DNA of 64,000 nt from a bacterium (GTDB lineage: Bacteria; UBA8248): the NCBI GenBank assembly GCA_963692865.2, contig OY843592.1, positions 3,744,001 through 3,808,000 on the forward strand. Reading direction: 5' to 3'. Of this stretch, positions 29,442 through 39,091 are shown piece by piece. The notes below the pieces were generated by a model. It made no database searches, was not told the origin of the DNA, and saw only the letters and a program-made list of their open reading frames with translations. Made by a program: the position numbers and the translations under genes. How positions within the stretch are numbered: the first letter of the stretch is position 1; each line of letters begins with the position of its first letter.

Positions 29442-30203
29442 TCAGCTCTTGAGTTCGCGCTTCTCATGGATTTTCTGCGCCCGGCGCAGATCCGCTTTCG
29501 TGTTCACGCCCAGCGCCTCTTCCGCCGGAGCCAGAGAGACGCCGAGAATCGCGCGGCCCTCGGCGCGCGCGATGGGGAAAACGTCGGGCAGATAGAACTC
29601 CCCCTGGTTGTTCTCGGGCTTTATCCTCGGCAGGGCGGCTCGCAGGAAAGCGGCCTCGAAGGCGTAGGCGCCCGTGTTGATCTCGGGGATCTCTTTCTGC
29701 GCGTCCGTCGCGTCCGCTTCCTCGACCACCCCGATGAGTTCGGCTCCATCCCGCAGCACGCGGCCATAGCCGCGCGGCGCATCGACCACCGCCGTGAGCA
29801 TGGTGGCCGCCGCGCGCGATTCGCGATGGAGACGGCTCAAGCTTCTTAAGGTTGAAGTCCGTATCAAGGGCGCATCGCCGCACAGGAGATACAGATGTTT
29901 CGCCTCGGCGGGCAGAGCGGACAAGCCCACCTCGGCGGCATGGCCGGTGCCGAGTTGCTCCTCCTGAACGGCGAAGACGACATCCGCATCATCACCCGAA
30001 AACGCCTCCTGGACGTCGCGGGCCTGGTGGCCCACGACGATGACGACGGGCCGGGCGCCCGCCTCTCTCGCGGCGGCCGCGACGCGGCGGATCATGGGTT
30101 TCCCGCCGACGGGATGCAGCACCTTCGCCAGCGGGGATTCCATGCGCTTCCCCTCGCCCGCCGCGAGGATGACCGCGGCGAACCCATCGCCTCGATGCGC
30201 CAA
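29442..30203 (-). CDS. GlmU N-terminal (UDP-GlcNAc pyrophosphorylase) domain only
   Basis: LAAGEGKRMES...KVLH, QEEQLGTGHA, CGDAPL, GYGRV, EINTG, NNQGEFYLPD and GVN motifs. Stops before the LbH domain. Confidence 0.85.
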   Translation of the reverse strand: MAHRGDGFAAVILAAGEGKRMESPLAKVLHPVGGKPMIRRVAAAAREAGARPVVIVVGHQARDVQEAFSGDDADVVFAVQEEQLGTGHAAEVGLSALPAEAKHLYLLCGDAPLIRTSTLRSLSRLHRESRAAATMLTAVVDAPRGYGRVLRDGAELIGVVEEADATDAQKEIPEINTGAYAFEAAFLRAALPRIKPENNQGEFYLPDVFPIARAEGRAILGVSLAPAEEALGVNTKADLRRAQKIHEKRELKS

Positions 30204-30207
30204 AAAT

Positions 30208-31596
30208 TTATCTCCGCCGGGAGGAGGAAGGCTTGGTGAGTCCGAATTCCAGGAGTTTTCTTCTCAGCGTGTTGCGGTTCATGCCCAACAGTCGCGCCGC
30301 CTGCACCTGGTTCCCGCCCGCTTCGCGGAGCACCAGTTCGAGCAGGGGTTTCTCGACGCTGCGTATGGTGTGCTCGTAGAAGTCGCTGCTCCCCCCGTCG
30401 CCCAGGGCGGTGACCACCGAGGAGAGCCTTTCGCGGAAAAAGCCCTCGATGTCGTTGCTTCTCTTTCTCTGGGGAGAGGGGCTCAAGTCATCGAGCGAAA
30501 TCGAGTTGCCCTCGCTCACGAGGAAGGCGCGGCACACGGCCATTTCGAGTTCGGATTCATTCCCCCACCACTTCTGCGCACAGAACCAATCCATCGCCGC
30601 CGGCGTGATCCGCCTCCTCGGCTGACCGATGCGGCTCGAGAATTCATCCAGAATCCCCTCGGCCACGAGCGAAATGTCCTTTTTCCTCTCGCGCAGCGGA
30701 GGAATCTTGATGAAACAAGTCGTCTCTTTGCGATACAGACGCTTGAGAATCGTGTCCTGTATCAGCCTTTCGGGATCGTTCATGCACCCGAATATCACGC
30801 GAAACTCCTGGGGGAGGCTTTTTTTCCTCAAAACCCCGGCCAACGCCTTCTGGTGGTCCCTGCCGATGAGCTGGGCGTCCTCGATGAAGAGCGTACCACC
30901 TTTTTCGACGATGTCCCCCTCTTCGCCGCGCTTCTCTTCCATGCGCTTGATGGCCTTCTCCAGCGTCGAGGCGCGCCTCATTTTCGGCCCCCAGTGCAGA
31001 AACGGGTGCCGCGTCCCCGGATGCAGGGCATGCAGCGCGCGGGCGACGATCATGAAATTCAGCCCCTTCTCCCCCTCCAGGACAACCGTCCCGTACTTGG
31101 GGCCCGCTCGCTGAATCGAGCGCCTGAGCCTCTCGGCCGCCGCGCTCGTTCCCTCGAACCGCCATCCGCCTTGCTCTTCGCGCGCATCGGTGCGAAGCCA
31201 CCTGATCTCCCGGCGCAGATAACCCTCCTCGCTCAACACCCGTGAGAACTGGAACACTTCCTCGGGATGCACCTCGTCCACGAAAACGGCCCGCGCCCCC
31301 GCCTGGATGCTCGAGGGCGTGATGCCCTTGTCCTCGGGGCGCAGAACCGCGGCGAAAGGCTTGCCCGTCTCCGCGATTCTTCGCATCGGAGCCGCCTCTG
31401 CGGGGTCGGATGCTCCGTAAAGAATGAAATCGCACCAGTTCATGCGGGCGCGCGCTTTATGGGGGGTATCGAAATACAGCGTCTCCATGCCGATGTTCCG
31501 CAAGCCGCCGAGCAAACCCTCTCTTTCCGGCGTGAGGCGGCCTACGAAGAGCGCCTTGGCGCGAGTCGCGTCCTTGTCGATCAAGTTCACCGTCAC
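30208..31596 (-). CDS. Degenerate NtrC-like regulator (receiver-like, degenerate AAA+, Fis HTH)
   Basis: GGTLFIED, IPPLRERKKDI, WWGNESEL and GNQVQAARLLGMNRNTLRRK are present. Walker A and GAFTGA are absent. Confidence 0.8.
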   Translation of the reverse strand: MTVNLIDKDATRAKALFVGRLTPEREGLLGGLRNIGMETLYFDTPHKARARMNWCDFILYGASDPAEAAPMRRIAETGKPFAAVLRPEDKGITPSSIQAGARAVFVDEVHPEEVFQFSRVLSEEGYLRREIRWLRTDAREEQGGWRFEGTSAAAERLRRSIQRAGPKYGTVVLEGEKGLNFMIVARALHALHPGTRHPFLHWGPKMRRASTLEKAIKRMEEKRGEEGDIVEKGGTLFIEDAQLIGRDHQKALAGVLRKKSLPQEFRVIFGCMNDPERLIQDTILKRLYRKETTCFIKIPPLRERKKDISLVAEGILDEFSSRIGQPRRRITPAAMDWFCAQKWWGNESELEMAVCRAFLVSEGNSISLDDLSPSPQRKRSNDIEGFFRERLSSVVTALGDGGSSDFYEHTIRSVEKPLLELVLREAGGNQVQAARLLGMNRNTLRRKLLEFGLTKPSSSRRR

Positions 31597-31602
31597 ATGC
31601 CC

Positions 31603-31914
31603 TCAAGACACCCGAAAAACCGGCCCGGTATCCGAAAGGCCGGAAAAAACCACCTTGTCGCCGATCGACGGCTCACTTTCATCATCATCCGCCAGGCGGG
31701 CGAGAATCCGCCCCCCCTCTTCCAGTTCAACCAACGCGAGCAGATAAGGCGTCGGCATCCCCCGGGCTCCCATGTGAACCGATGAGAAGCTGTAGACGAC
31801 TCCCCGCCCGGAGGCCGGCCGCTCCTCCGTCTCGGCGCCGCAATGCCCGCAGCGCTCCGAGTTTTCGAGGTAAATCCGCCCGCATCCGGCGCAAACGAAG
31901 GTCTCCATGAGCAA
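31603..31914 (-). CDS. DUF35 Zn-ribbon/OB-fold protein (thiolase partner)
   Basis: CxxC...CxxC, SGRGVVYSFS and PYLLALVELEEG motifs. Confidence 0.88.
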   Translation of the reverse strand: MLMETFVCAGCGRIYLENSERCGHCGAETEERPASGRGVVYSFSSVHMGARGMPTPYLLALVELEEGGRILARLADDDESEPSIGDKVVFSGLSDTGPVFRVS

Positions 31915-31953
31915 TCATCCATCCTTCTGCGCGCTCAGACGGTCGACCTCCGT

Positions 31954-33117
31954 TCAGGAGGTCGACCCCAGGATGTGCACCGCGCACGTGGCCCCGGAGC
32001 CTCCGAGATTGTGGGCCAACCCCACCCCGGCGCCCGGAACCTGGCGGGCGCCCGCCTCTCCGCGCAACTGAAGCGTGAGTTCATGAATCTGCGCCACGCC
32101 CGTCGCCCCCACCGGGTGGCCTTTCGACTTCAGGCCGCCGCTGGTGTTGACCGGCATCGCGCCGCCGAGCTTCGTCATCCCCTCGCTCGCGCCGCGGCCT
32201 CCCTCGCCTCTGGCGAAAAACCCCAAGTCCTCGAGCGCGATGATCTCGGCCATCGTGAAACAATCGTGGATCTCGGCCAGGTCTACGTCCTCGCGGCTGA
32301 GTCCCGCCTGGGAGAAGGCCTCCTCTCCCGCCTTTTGCGTGGCGTAAAACGAGGTGATGTCGCGCTTGTCGGAAAGCGCGGGCGAATCCGAAGCCTGCGC
32401 CGACGCGAGGATATCTACCGGCTTTCCATGATGCGCAGATGCCGTTTCGGACGGGCACAGCACGACGGCCGCCGCCCCGTCGCTGATGAGCGAGCAATCG
32501 AAAAGACCGAGCGGCTCGGCCACCGGCCTGGCGTCGAGCACCTGGGGGAGCGTCACGTCCTTTTGCATGTGCGCGTTCGGGTTGAGCTTGCCGTGGGCGT
32601 GGTTTTTCACCGCCACGTGGGCGATCTCCTCGCGCGTCGTGCCGTGCTCGTGCATGTGGCGTCTGGCGATGAGGCCGAAAAGGGCGGGGAACGTGGAGCC
32701 GACGCTCGCCTCCACCGCCACGTCCCCGGCGGCGGCGAGGATGGAGGCCGTCTCGTCCGTCTCGGCGGAAGTCATCTTCTCCACCCCCGCGACGAGGGCG
32801 AAATCCACCTGGCCCGAAGCCACGCTCAGCACCCCCTGGCGCATGGCGAGCCCCCCGGAGGCGCAAGCGCCCTCCAGACGGGTGCAGGGCACCGCCCCCA
32901 GCCCCGCCGCGTGCGCCACCATGGGCGCCACGTGGTTCTGCCCGACGAAGGCATGGCCGGCGAAATTCCCCAGAAAAAACGCCTCGATTCGCTCGGGCGC
33001 GAGACCCGCGTCCTCAAGCGCGTCCCTGCAGGCGATGGCCCCCAGGGCGACGAGGCTCTCCGCCCGTACCCCGAAGGGCGTGATGCCCGCACCTACGATC
33101 GACACGCCGCGCACCAT
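31954..33117 (-). CDS. SCP-x type thiolase-domain protein
   Basis: EGACASGG, GVEKM, DCSLISDGAAA, HDCF and SGGLKSKGHPVGATG motifs. Confidence 0.92.
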   Translation of the reverse strand: MVRGVSIVGAGITPFGVRAESLVALGAIACRDALEDAGLAPERIEAFFLGNFAGHAFVGQNHVAPMVAHAAGLGAVPCTRLEGACASGGLAMRQGVLSVASGQVDFALVAGVEKMTSAETDETASILAAAGDVAVEASVGSTFPALFGLIARRHMHEHGTTREEIAHVAVKNHAHGKLNPNAHMQKDVTLPQVLDARPVAEPLGLFDCSLISDGAAAVVLCPSETASAHHGKPVDILASAQASDSPALSDKRDITSFYATQKAGEEAFSQAGLSREDVDLAEIHDCFTMAEIIALEDLGFFARGEGGRGASEGMTKLGGAMPVNTSGGLKSKGHPVGATGVAQIHELTLQLRGEAGARQVPGAGVGLAHNLGGSGATCAVHILGSTS

Positions 33118-33134
33118 TCACCCCCCCGCCGTAT

Positions 33135-34463
33135 TCATACGCGCGATTCGCGCAAATCCAGGAATCTCTTCGCCTTGAAGGTCGTTCTCTCGAAAGAGCC
33201 CGCCGGCAAAACCTCCACCTCGGGCGTCACGAGGAGCTCCGTCCCGAGCCTCTTGCGCAACTCATCGCCCAAGCCCGAGTTCGCCTCCCCCCCGACGGCT
33301 TCGGCCACGACGACGCAGCGGTCCCGCCCCGTCGACTCGTCCGGGCGCAATTCCACCCGAAACTCGTTGCTGAGGCCCGAGAAACTGCGCACCACTTCCT
33401 CCACCTGGATGGGGTAGAACTTCGCCCCCTTGTAGATGACGAGATCGTCGTGCCGCCCGAGAATTCCCCCGGGCGAGCGCAGGTGCGTTCTGCCGCAAGG
33501 GCTGGGGGAACTCTCCACGCGCGCGAAATCGTTCGTCCAGTAGCGCAGCATGGGCGTGGCCTCGCGCGTGAGGTGCGTGATGACGAGGATGCCCACCCCG
33601 CCCTCGGGCGTCGGCTCTTTCGTCTCGGGGTCGACCACCTCGATGATGTGGTGATCCTCCGCCCAGATGAGGCCCGACTTCGCCGCCGATTCACTCGCGA
33701 AGGTCGGCCCGATCTCGCCCAGTCCGTAGTAGTCATAGGCGTCGACGCCGAGGGCGGCCTCGATTCGAGCGCGCGTGGAGGGGTTCTGCGCCCCCGCCTC
33801 GCCGCCGAAAGAGCCGATTTTCAGGGGGATCTCACCGGGGTCCACGCCGCTTTCGGTGAGTTTCTCGCCGATGTAGAGGCCGTAGCTCGGCGTGCTCAGA
33901 AGCACCGTCGAGCCGATGGTGGTGAGGTAGAGTATCTGCCTTTCGGTCATGGCGGCGCCGATGGGTATCACGAAACAGCCGATCTTCTGCGTGGCGTAGT
34001 GCACGCTCATCCCGGCGACCCACAGGCCGTAGCTGAACGCGTTCTGGACGACGTCGCCCGGCCGCACGCCGAAGCTCCACATCGTGCGCGCCGTGAAATC
34101 CGCGATGTTCTCGACGTCGTTCTTGCTCCAGATGGTGCTCACGGGAACGCCGGTCGTGCCCGTGGAGGGGTGGAGTTCTCCCCAGGCTTCCGGCGGAGCG
34201 ACCGTGTACCGCCCGAAGGGCGGATGCGCTTGCTGTTCGTCTCTGAGTTCCTGTTTTGTGACGAAGGGAATTTTTTGCAGATCATCGAGCGCGCGAACCG
34301 AATCGGGCCCCACGCCCGCCGCGTCGAGACGCTCGCGGTAGAATCCGGATTCCTGATGGCAGCGGCGCACCTGCCACTTGAGCCGTTCGAGCTGGAGGGA
34401 GGCGAGTTCATCGCGCGCCATGCATTCGATGCGCTGATCCCAAAAATCGCCGTTTCCCACCAT
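33135..34463 (-). CDS. Phenylacetate-CoA ligase family protein
   Basis: STGTTG, YGLGE, TREATPMLRYWT and GRHDDLVIYKG motifs. Confidence 0.88.
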   Translation of the reverse strand: MVGNGDFWDQRIECMARDELASLQLERLKWQVRRCHQESGFYRERLDAAGVGPDSVRALDDLQKIPFVTKQELRDEQQAHPPFGRYTVAPPEAWGELHPSTGTTGVPVSTIWSKNDVENIADFTARTMWSFGVRPGDVVQNAFSYGLWVAGMSVHYATQKIGCFVIPIGAAMTERQILYLTTIGSTVLLSTPSYGLYIGEKLTESGVDPGEIPLKIGSFGGEAGAQNPSTRARIEAALGVDAYDYYGLGEIGPTFASESAAKSGLIWAEDHHIIEVVDPETKEPTPEGGVGILVITHLTREATPMLRYWTNDFARVESSPSPCGRTHLRSPGGILGRHDDLVIYKGAKFYPIQVEEVVRSFSGLSNEFRVELRPDESTGRDRCVVVAEAVGGEANSGLGDELRKRLGTELLVTPEVEVLPAGSFERTTFKAKRFLDLRESRV

Positions 34464-34654
34464 GGCCGCGGAACCTTCTTGTAGAGAAAAAAGCGAGCGA
34501 ATCCGTCCCGCACCCCACAACCCGTATTCAATTTGCCGACGAAAATCCCGGAAAGAGACGCTGGAAAAAATAGCACACCGAAAGGTGGCGCGCAAGAAGG
34601 TGTTTTTTCAAAAAAACCGCACCGCCGTCCCGCCGGGCGCAGCGCGGAGAGAGA

Positions 34655-36577
34655 TCAAAGGGTGATCGTGGTTCCCGCCGCCTGCGGGTCGTCGAGCGCG
34701 CCGAGGAACGCCTCCATCACGCGCGCCGGGGGGGCGCCGCCCTCGATATTCAGCATGAACCCATCCATCAACTCCCGCCTCATCCAGCTCGCGAACACCG
34801 CCGCCTCGTCCAAATCCTCCCGGTTCGCCTTCGCGGCCTCGAAGCTCTCCTCCAGAAAAATCTCGCTCACCTTCTCTTCGAGGACGCGAACGGGCGGCTC
34901 GCTCTTCTCGAAAGACACTTCATGGGCCAGGAGCCCGTCCTTGATGAAATAACAGTATCTCTCCTCGCGCGTTTGTCCGGGTTCGACGATGACGAGCCTT
35001 CTCCTCTCGACGGACGGCCCCGAGAGAGCGTACATCCTCGCCAGATGATGAAGGCGGGCGATATGGCGCCTCAGCCTGCCGGGCGAAAGGCCCTCCTCTC
35101 CCCAGGCCTTCTTGAGCAAGGAGAATACGCTCTCGTCCTCTTTCGGGAGACGGCCCTCCAGGATGCCCCGCAAGGCCTCGAACAGTTCCGCGTATTCAGA
35201 ATCCGGCAACCGGGGCGGTTTTTTGCCGCCCTTGGACCCGCCGCGCTTCCTGGCGTCGCGGTGCGCTTCCGGCGCTTTATGGGGGAGCGGAAAGGCGGCG
35301 CAAACGGCCTGCATCAAATCGAGGAGCTGCGCTTTTTTCCGAAACGGGCCGTAGTAGCGGGCGCCGTCGCGAACGAGGCGGGAGGCGAGGGACACCCCGG
35401 GCCGGGCGCCGCCCGCCGAAAGTCTCAGAAAACCCCCGCCCGTTACGGCGAGGTTCCCGTTCATGAGGCTGGCTTTCCGCATCGCCCGGAAAGCCTCCAC
35501 GTTCATGGCCAGTTCGCTTCGCAGCCTCTTCGCCTCCACGCGGCAAACGCCCTTGAGCCTGAGGGCGAACCGGCCGGCGGAGCGATTCCTGGGGTAGAAC
35601 ATATCCCGCACCGTTCGTCGTATGTCGTTGGCCTTGCCCGCGAACACGAGTCTTTCGTCCTTGTCGTAGAGGCGATAAACGCCGCGACCACGGGGGAGGG
35701 ATTCAATCTCCGCCGGGTCAAGCCGCATCCCCTCCGCCATCGGTGGAGAAACCTCCTCGTCGGGCTGCTGAAACGCGAGCAGGGATTCGAGGCTGTCCAG
35801 CCCCAGAAGGCGGCACATCTGCGCGAAGCGGATGAATATCTGCGCCGTCGCCTGCGCGTCGCCCAGGGCGCGATGCCTCCCGTCCTCGGAATCTGAAAGC
35901 CCCAGGGCCGCGCTCAACTCTCCGAGGTTGAAGCGCTTCTGGTCCGGCAAAAGCCGGTTCGCCAGCTCGAACGTGCAAAGAACCCGAGGCGAAAAATCGC
36001 GCTCAAGATATTCTTCTGCGTAATACTGAAGAAAATGGAGGTCGAAATTCGCGCAATGGGCGACGAACACGCACCCGTCGATGAAATCCAGGAACCCGGG
36101 CAGCACCTCCATCAGCCCCGGCTTGTCCGCCACCATGGCGTCGGTGATGCCCGTGAGGCGAACGACGTTCCATGGAATCTCCCGGCCCGGGTTGACCAGG
36201 GCGTCCCGGGAATCCACCACCTCGCCTGCGCGCACCTTGACGGCGGCCAGCTCCGTGATCCGGTGCTGGGGGGGCCGCCCGCCCGTGGTCTCGATGTCGA
36301 CGACGGCGAAGGTGGTGTCGGGAAGATGAGGGCCGGAAAGCAAACGGGCCGCCTCATCCGCGCTCATGAGGCCGCCCGCTCCGTTCGCCGTGCTCCTTTC
36401 GAGAAGGGGCCCGAGGATACCGAGCGCCGCCGAATCATCCATCTCTTTGAGGTTCAAGGCGTTGCGGACATATTGAAAGGCGGCTGATCCTTGAATCGCC
36501 GCCCGGCTCTCCCGCTTCGTTTCCTGATCCATTTGCCTGCGCTTTTGTGAATACATGGAGCTTGAGTCGTTACTCAT
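34655..36577 (-). CDS. DEDDh 3'-5' exonuclease (DNA Pol III epsilon-like) fused to a degenerate GIY-YIG/UvrC-like domain
   Basis: VVDIETTG, HCANFD and HRALGDA, then LPRGRGVYRLYD...VFAGKANDIR and YYGPF. Confidence 0.82.
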   Translation of the reverse strand: MSNDSSSMYSQKRRQMDQETKRESRAAIQGSAAFQYVRNALNLKEMDDSAALGILGPLLERSTANGAGGLMSADEAARLLSGPHLPDTTFAVVDIETTGGRPPQHRITELAAVKVRAGEVVDSRDALVNPGREIPWNVVRLTGITDAMVADKPGLMEVLPGFLDFIDGCVFVAHCANFDLHFLQYYAEEYLERDFSPRVLCTFELANRLLPDQKRFNLGELSAALGLSDSEDGRHRALGDAQATAQIFIRFAQMCRLLGLDSLESLLAFQQPDEEVSPPMAEGMRLDPAEIESLPRGRGVYRLYDKDERLVFAGKANDIRRTVRDMFYPRNRSAGRFALRLKGVCRVEAKRLRSELAMNVEAFRAMRKASLMNGNLAVTGGGFLRLSAGGARPGVSLASRLVRDGARYYGPFRKKAQLLDLMQAVCAAFPLPHKAPEAHRDARKRGGSKGGKKPPRLPDSEYAELFEALRGILEGRLPKEDESVFSLLKKAWGEEGLSPGRLRRHIARLHHLARMYALSGPSVERRRLVIVEPGQTREERYCYFIKDGLLAHEVSFEKSEPPVRVLEEKVSEIFLEESFEAAKANREDLDEAAVFASWMRRELMDGFMLNIEGGAPPARVMEAFLGALDDPQAAGTTITL

Positions 36578-36695
36578 GCTCCGAATGTAGCAGAAAGCGC
36601 GCGAGGATCATAGCCCGCTACCCGTAAGCTCGTTCACCAGGCGCGCATGTTTTGGTATAACCGGAGGACGTGGTTTTCCCGGGAGGAGAGCAGCC

Positions 36696-37130
36696 TTGTT
36701 CGGAAGCATCGGAATGACGGAGTTGATCGTGATCATGGTGGTCGCCCTGGTCGTCATCGGGCCCAAGCGTCTGCCGGAGCTGGCCCGCACGCTCGGCAAG
36801 GCCCTGGGCGACTTCAAGCGCGCCACGTCGGATTTCCAGAACAGCTTCAGCGTGGAGGACGACTACGATCTCGACGTGCTCGATGAGGAAGCAAAGGAAA
36901 AGGACAAAAAAACGGGCGCCGAAGAATCAGACGAAGGCGACGCCGACGAAGACCATGACGGAGAAGGAGACGAGGCGGCGGAGCAAATCTCCGAACCGGA
37001 CCGGACCGAAACGCAAGAACCCACGCCCGAGGCGGGCGACGCCGAGCCTGAGGCCGAGGCCGCCGCCACGGAGAGCGAAGCGGCCGCGGATGAGACCGGG
37101 GCCGCGCGAGAGGACGACAAGCAGACGTGA
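36696..37130 (+). CDS. tatB: Twin-arginine translocase TatA/TatB subunit
   Basis: FGSIGMTELIVIMVVALVVIGPKRLPELAR with an acidic tail. Upstream of tatC. Confidence 0.85.
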   Translation: MFGSIGMTELIVIMVVALVVIGPKRLPELARTLGKALGDFKRATSDFQNSFSVEDDYDLDVLDEEAKEKDKKTGAEESDEGDADEDHDGEGDEAAEQISEPDRTETQEPTPEAGDAEPEAEAAATESEAAADETGAAREDDKQT

Positions 37131-37894
37131 GCGGCGATAGTTCCATGCCCCTCACCGGGCACCTGACGGAATTGCGCAACAGAATCCTCTACATCCTCGG
37201 CACGATTCTCGTCGTGTTCGTGGGGGCTTATTATTTCTCGGGCGAACTGCTGACCCTCATGCAGCGCCCCATCGCCGATCAGAAGCTCGTTTTCCTCTCG
37301 CCGACCGAGGCCTTTTTCGCGCACATCAAGGTCTCGTTTTTCTGTTCGGTGTTCATCAGCCTTCCCATCATCCTGTTCCAGATCTGGCGCTTCTGCGCCC
37401 CGGGGCTGATGGACCGGGAGAAACGCTACATCGTGCCCTTCGTGTTCTTCTCGACGCTGAGCTTCATCGTCGGCGCCCTTTTCTGCTATTTCCTGATTCT
37501 GCCTTACGGCCTCGCCTTTCTGCTGAGTTTCGCCACCGAATCCCTGACGCCCCAGATTTCCATAGGCTTCTACATCTCCTTCGCCTTCAAGCTCATCTTC
37601 ACGTTCGGCCTGGTGTTCGAGGTGCCCATCGTCACCATCCTGCTCGTGCAGATCGGCGTCATCACGCCGGAGTTCCTCTCGAAAAACCGCGGGTACGTCA
37701 TCGTCGGCGCGTTCGTCCTGTCCGCCCTGCTCACGCCGCCCGACGTGGTGACGCAGGTGTTCCTCGCGGGTCCCGTCATCGTGCTGTTCGAGATCAGCAT
37801 CATCGTCTCGAAGATCATCATGAAGCGGAAGAAAAAGCGCCGGGAGGAGTGGGAAAAGGAATGGGCGGACGATGAAGACGATGACCCGGATTAG
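37127..37894 (+). CDS. tatC: Twin-arginine translocase subunit TatC
   Basis: HLTELRNR, QIWRFCAPGL, FGLVFEVP and TPPD motifs. Confidence 0.96.
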   Translation: MSGDSSMPLTGHLTELRNRILYILGTILVVFVGAYYFSGELLTLMQRPIADQKLVFLSPTEAFFAHIKVSFFCSVFISLPIILFQIWRFCAPGLMDREKRYIVPFVFFSTLSFIVGALFCYFLILPYGLAFLLSFATESLTPQISIGFYISFAFKLIFTFGLVFEVPIVTILLVQIGVITPEFLSKNRGYVIVGAFVLSALLTPPDVVTQVFLAGPVIVLFEISIIVSKIIMKRKKKRREEWEKEWADDEDDDPD

Positions 37895-37919
37895 CTCATC
37901 GCGAGCGCCCCGCCCCTGG

Positions 37920-38259
37920 CGGCTGTTGAAAAAGCCCCTGGGTGGAGGAAAACCGACGTCATTCCGGCCTTGAGCCGGAATGACGTCGGTGGTCGATTCC
38001 GACCGATGAGGAACTGTTGAAAAACCCTGTTCCAGGGTCGGGCGGACACACAGGTCCGCCCCTACGTTTCGTTTCGCAGAGGTTGGCAGGTCAGACATGT
38101 ATGTCTGACATATCATGCGACCCGTATTGTGAAGGCGAAAAGGCAGGGCCGCATGATATGCGGCCCCTACGGTGAGATCCCGACCGGCCCGCAAGGGGTT
38201 TTTCAACAGCGCCGATGAGGAAGGAATCGACCGAGCGGGCCGGGTTATTCAACACCTCT
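37920..38259. mobile_element. Outer MITE (GGCTGTTGAAAAA...TTATTCAACACC) containing a nested MITE
   Basis: Degenerate TIRs, probable CCTGG duplication at 37915-19/38260-64, and a palindrome with 17-bp arms at 37952-37990. Confidence 0.6.
38010..38213. mobile_element. Nested MITE with REP cargo
   Basis: GGAACTGTTGAAAAA / TTTTTCAACAGCGCC ends, TSD GATGA at 38005-09 and 38214-18. Inserted in the loop of ggtcgattcc...ggaatcgacc. Confidence 0.8.
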
Positions 38260-38367
38260 CCTGGTGGCGAATCCTTCCCGCATACACGAAGGAAAAGGCC
38301 CCTTGCGTTCCTCGAATTCTCGCGGCGATACAGTCCCCACCGATAGAATTGTCCGGGCGTCGTACAT

Positions 38368-38752
38368 GGGGTCGTTGAAGAAGCCCCGTCTGCGACCCCC
38401 GCAAACCGCCAACGCCTCTTTCCACACCCTGAGTAGCCGCCGAAGGTCAAACGCGACTGAGAAGGGGTTGTTGAAAAACCCATCCCTCTCGCATCAACCA
38501 CGTTTTACCCGTAGGGGCCGCATATCATGCGGCCCTGCCTTTTTGCCTTCACAATACGGGCCGCATACTATGTCAGACATATATGTCTGACCTACCAACC
38601 TCTGCGAAACGAAACGTAGGGGAGGACCTGTGTGTCCGCCCGACCCTGGAACAGGATTTTTCAACAGCCCCTCATCGGTCGGGTTCGCGCCTTCGATACG
38701 CGGCTTCGCCGCTACTCAGGATGAAGCAGAGAGGCGGTTTTTCGACAGCCCC
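38368..38752. mobile_element. Outer MITE containing the nested MITE 38464-38671
   Basis: GGGGTCGTTGAAGAA / TTTTTCGACAGCCCC outer ends and GGGGTTGTTGAAAAA / TTTTTCAACAGCCCC inner ends. The inner part is a near-identical inverted copy of 37999-38172. Confidence 0.7.
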
Positions 38753-38806
38753 GCATACCCGCGCCGGACGAAACCCGCGCGCCATCCGGATGAGCGACGA
38801 TTCGCC

Positions 38807-39088
38807 ATGAAAGAGGAGACGCGGCGGATTCGCCTCATCATCCGGGGCCGGGTGCAGGGCGTATGGTACCGGGGCGGCGCGCAGGAGGTCGCCCGCGAAC
38901 TCGGCCTCACCGGATGGGTGAGAAACCTGGCCGACGGGAGCGTGGAACTCGTCGCCGAAGGCGAAGTCTCCGCGCTCGACGCCCTCAAGGGGTGGTGCCG
39001 GGAGGGGCCGCCCCTGGCGAGAGTCCACGACGTCTCCGAGGAGCCGTTGACGCCCCGCGGGGCGCCGGCCTCGTTCGAGGTGCGCTGA
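38807..39088 (+). CDS. acyP: Acylphosphatase
   Basis: GRVQGVWYR, GWVRNLADGSVE and GPPLARV motifs. Confidence 0.93.
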   Translation: MKEETRRIRLIIRGRVQGVWYRGGAQEVARELGLTGWVRNLADGSVELVAEGEVSALDALKGWCREGPPLARVHDVSEEPLTPRGAPASFEVR

Positions 39089-39091
39089 ACG

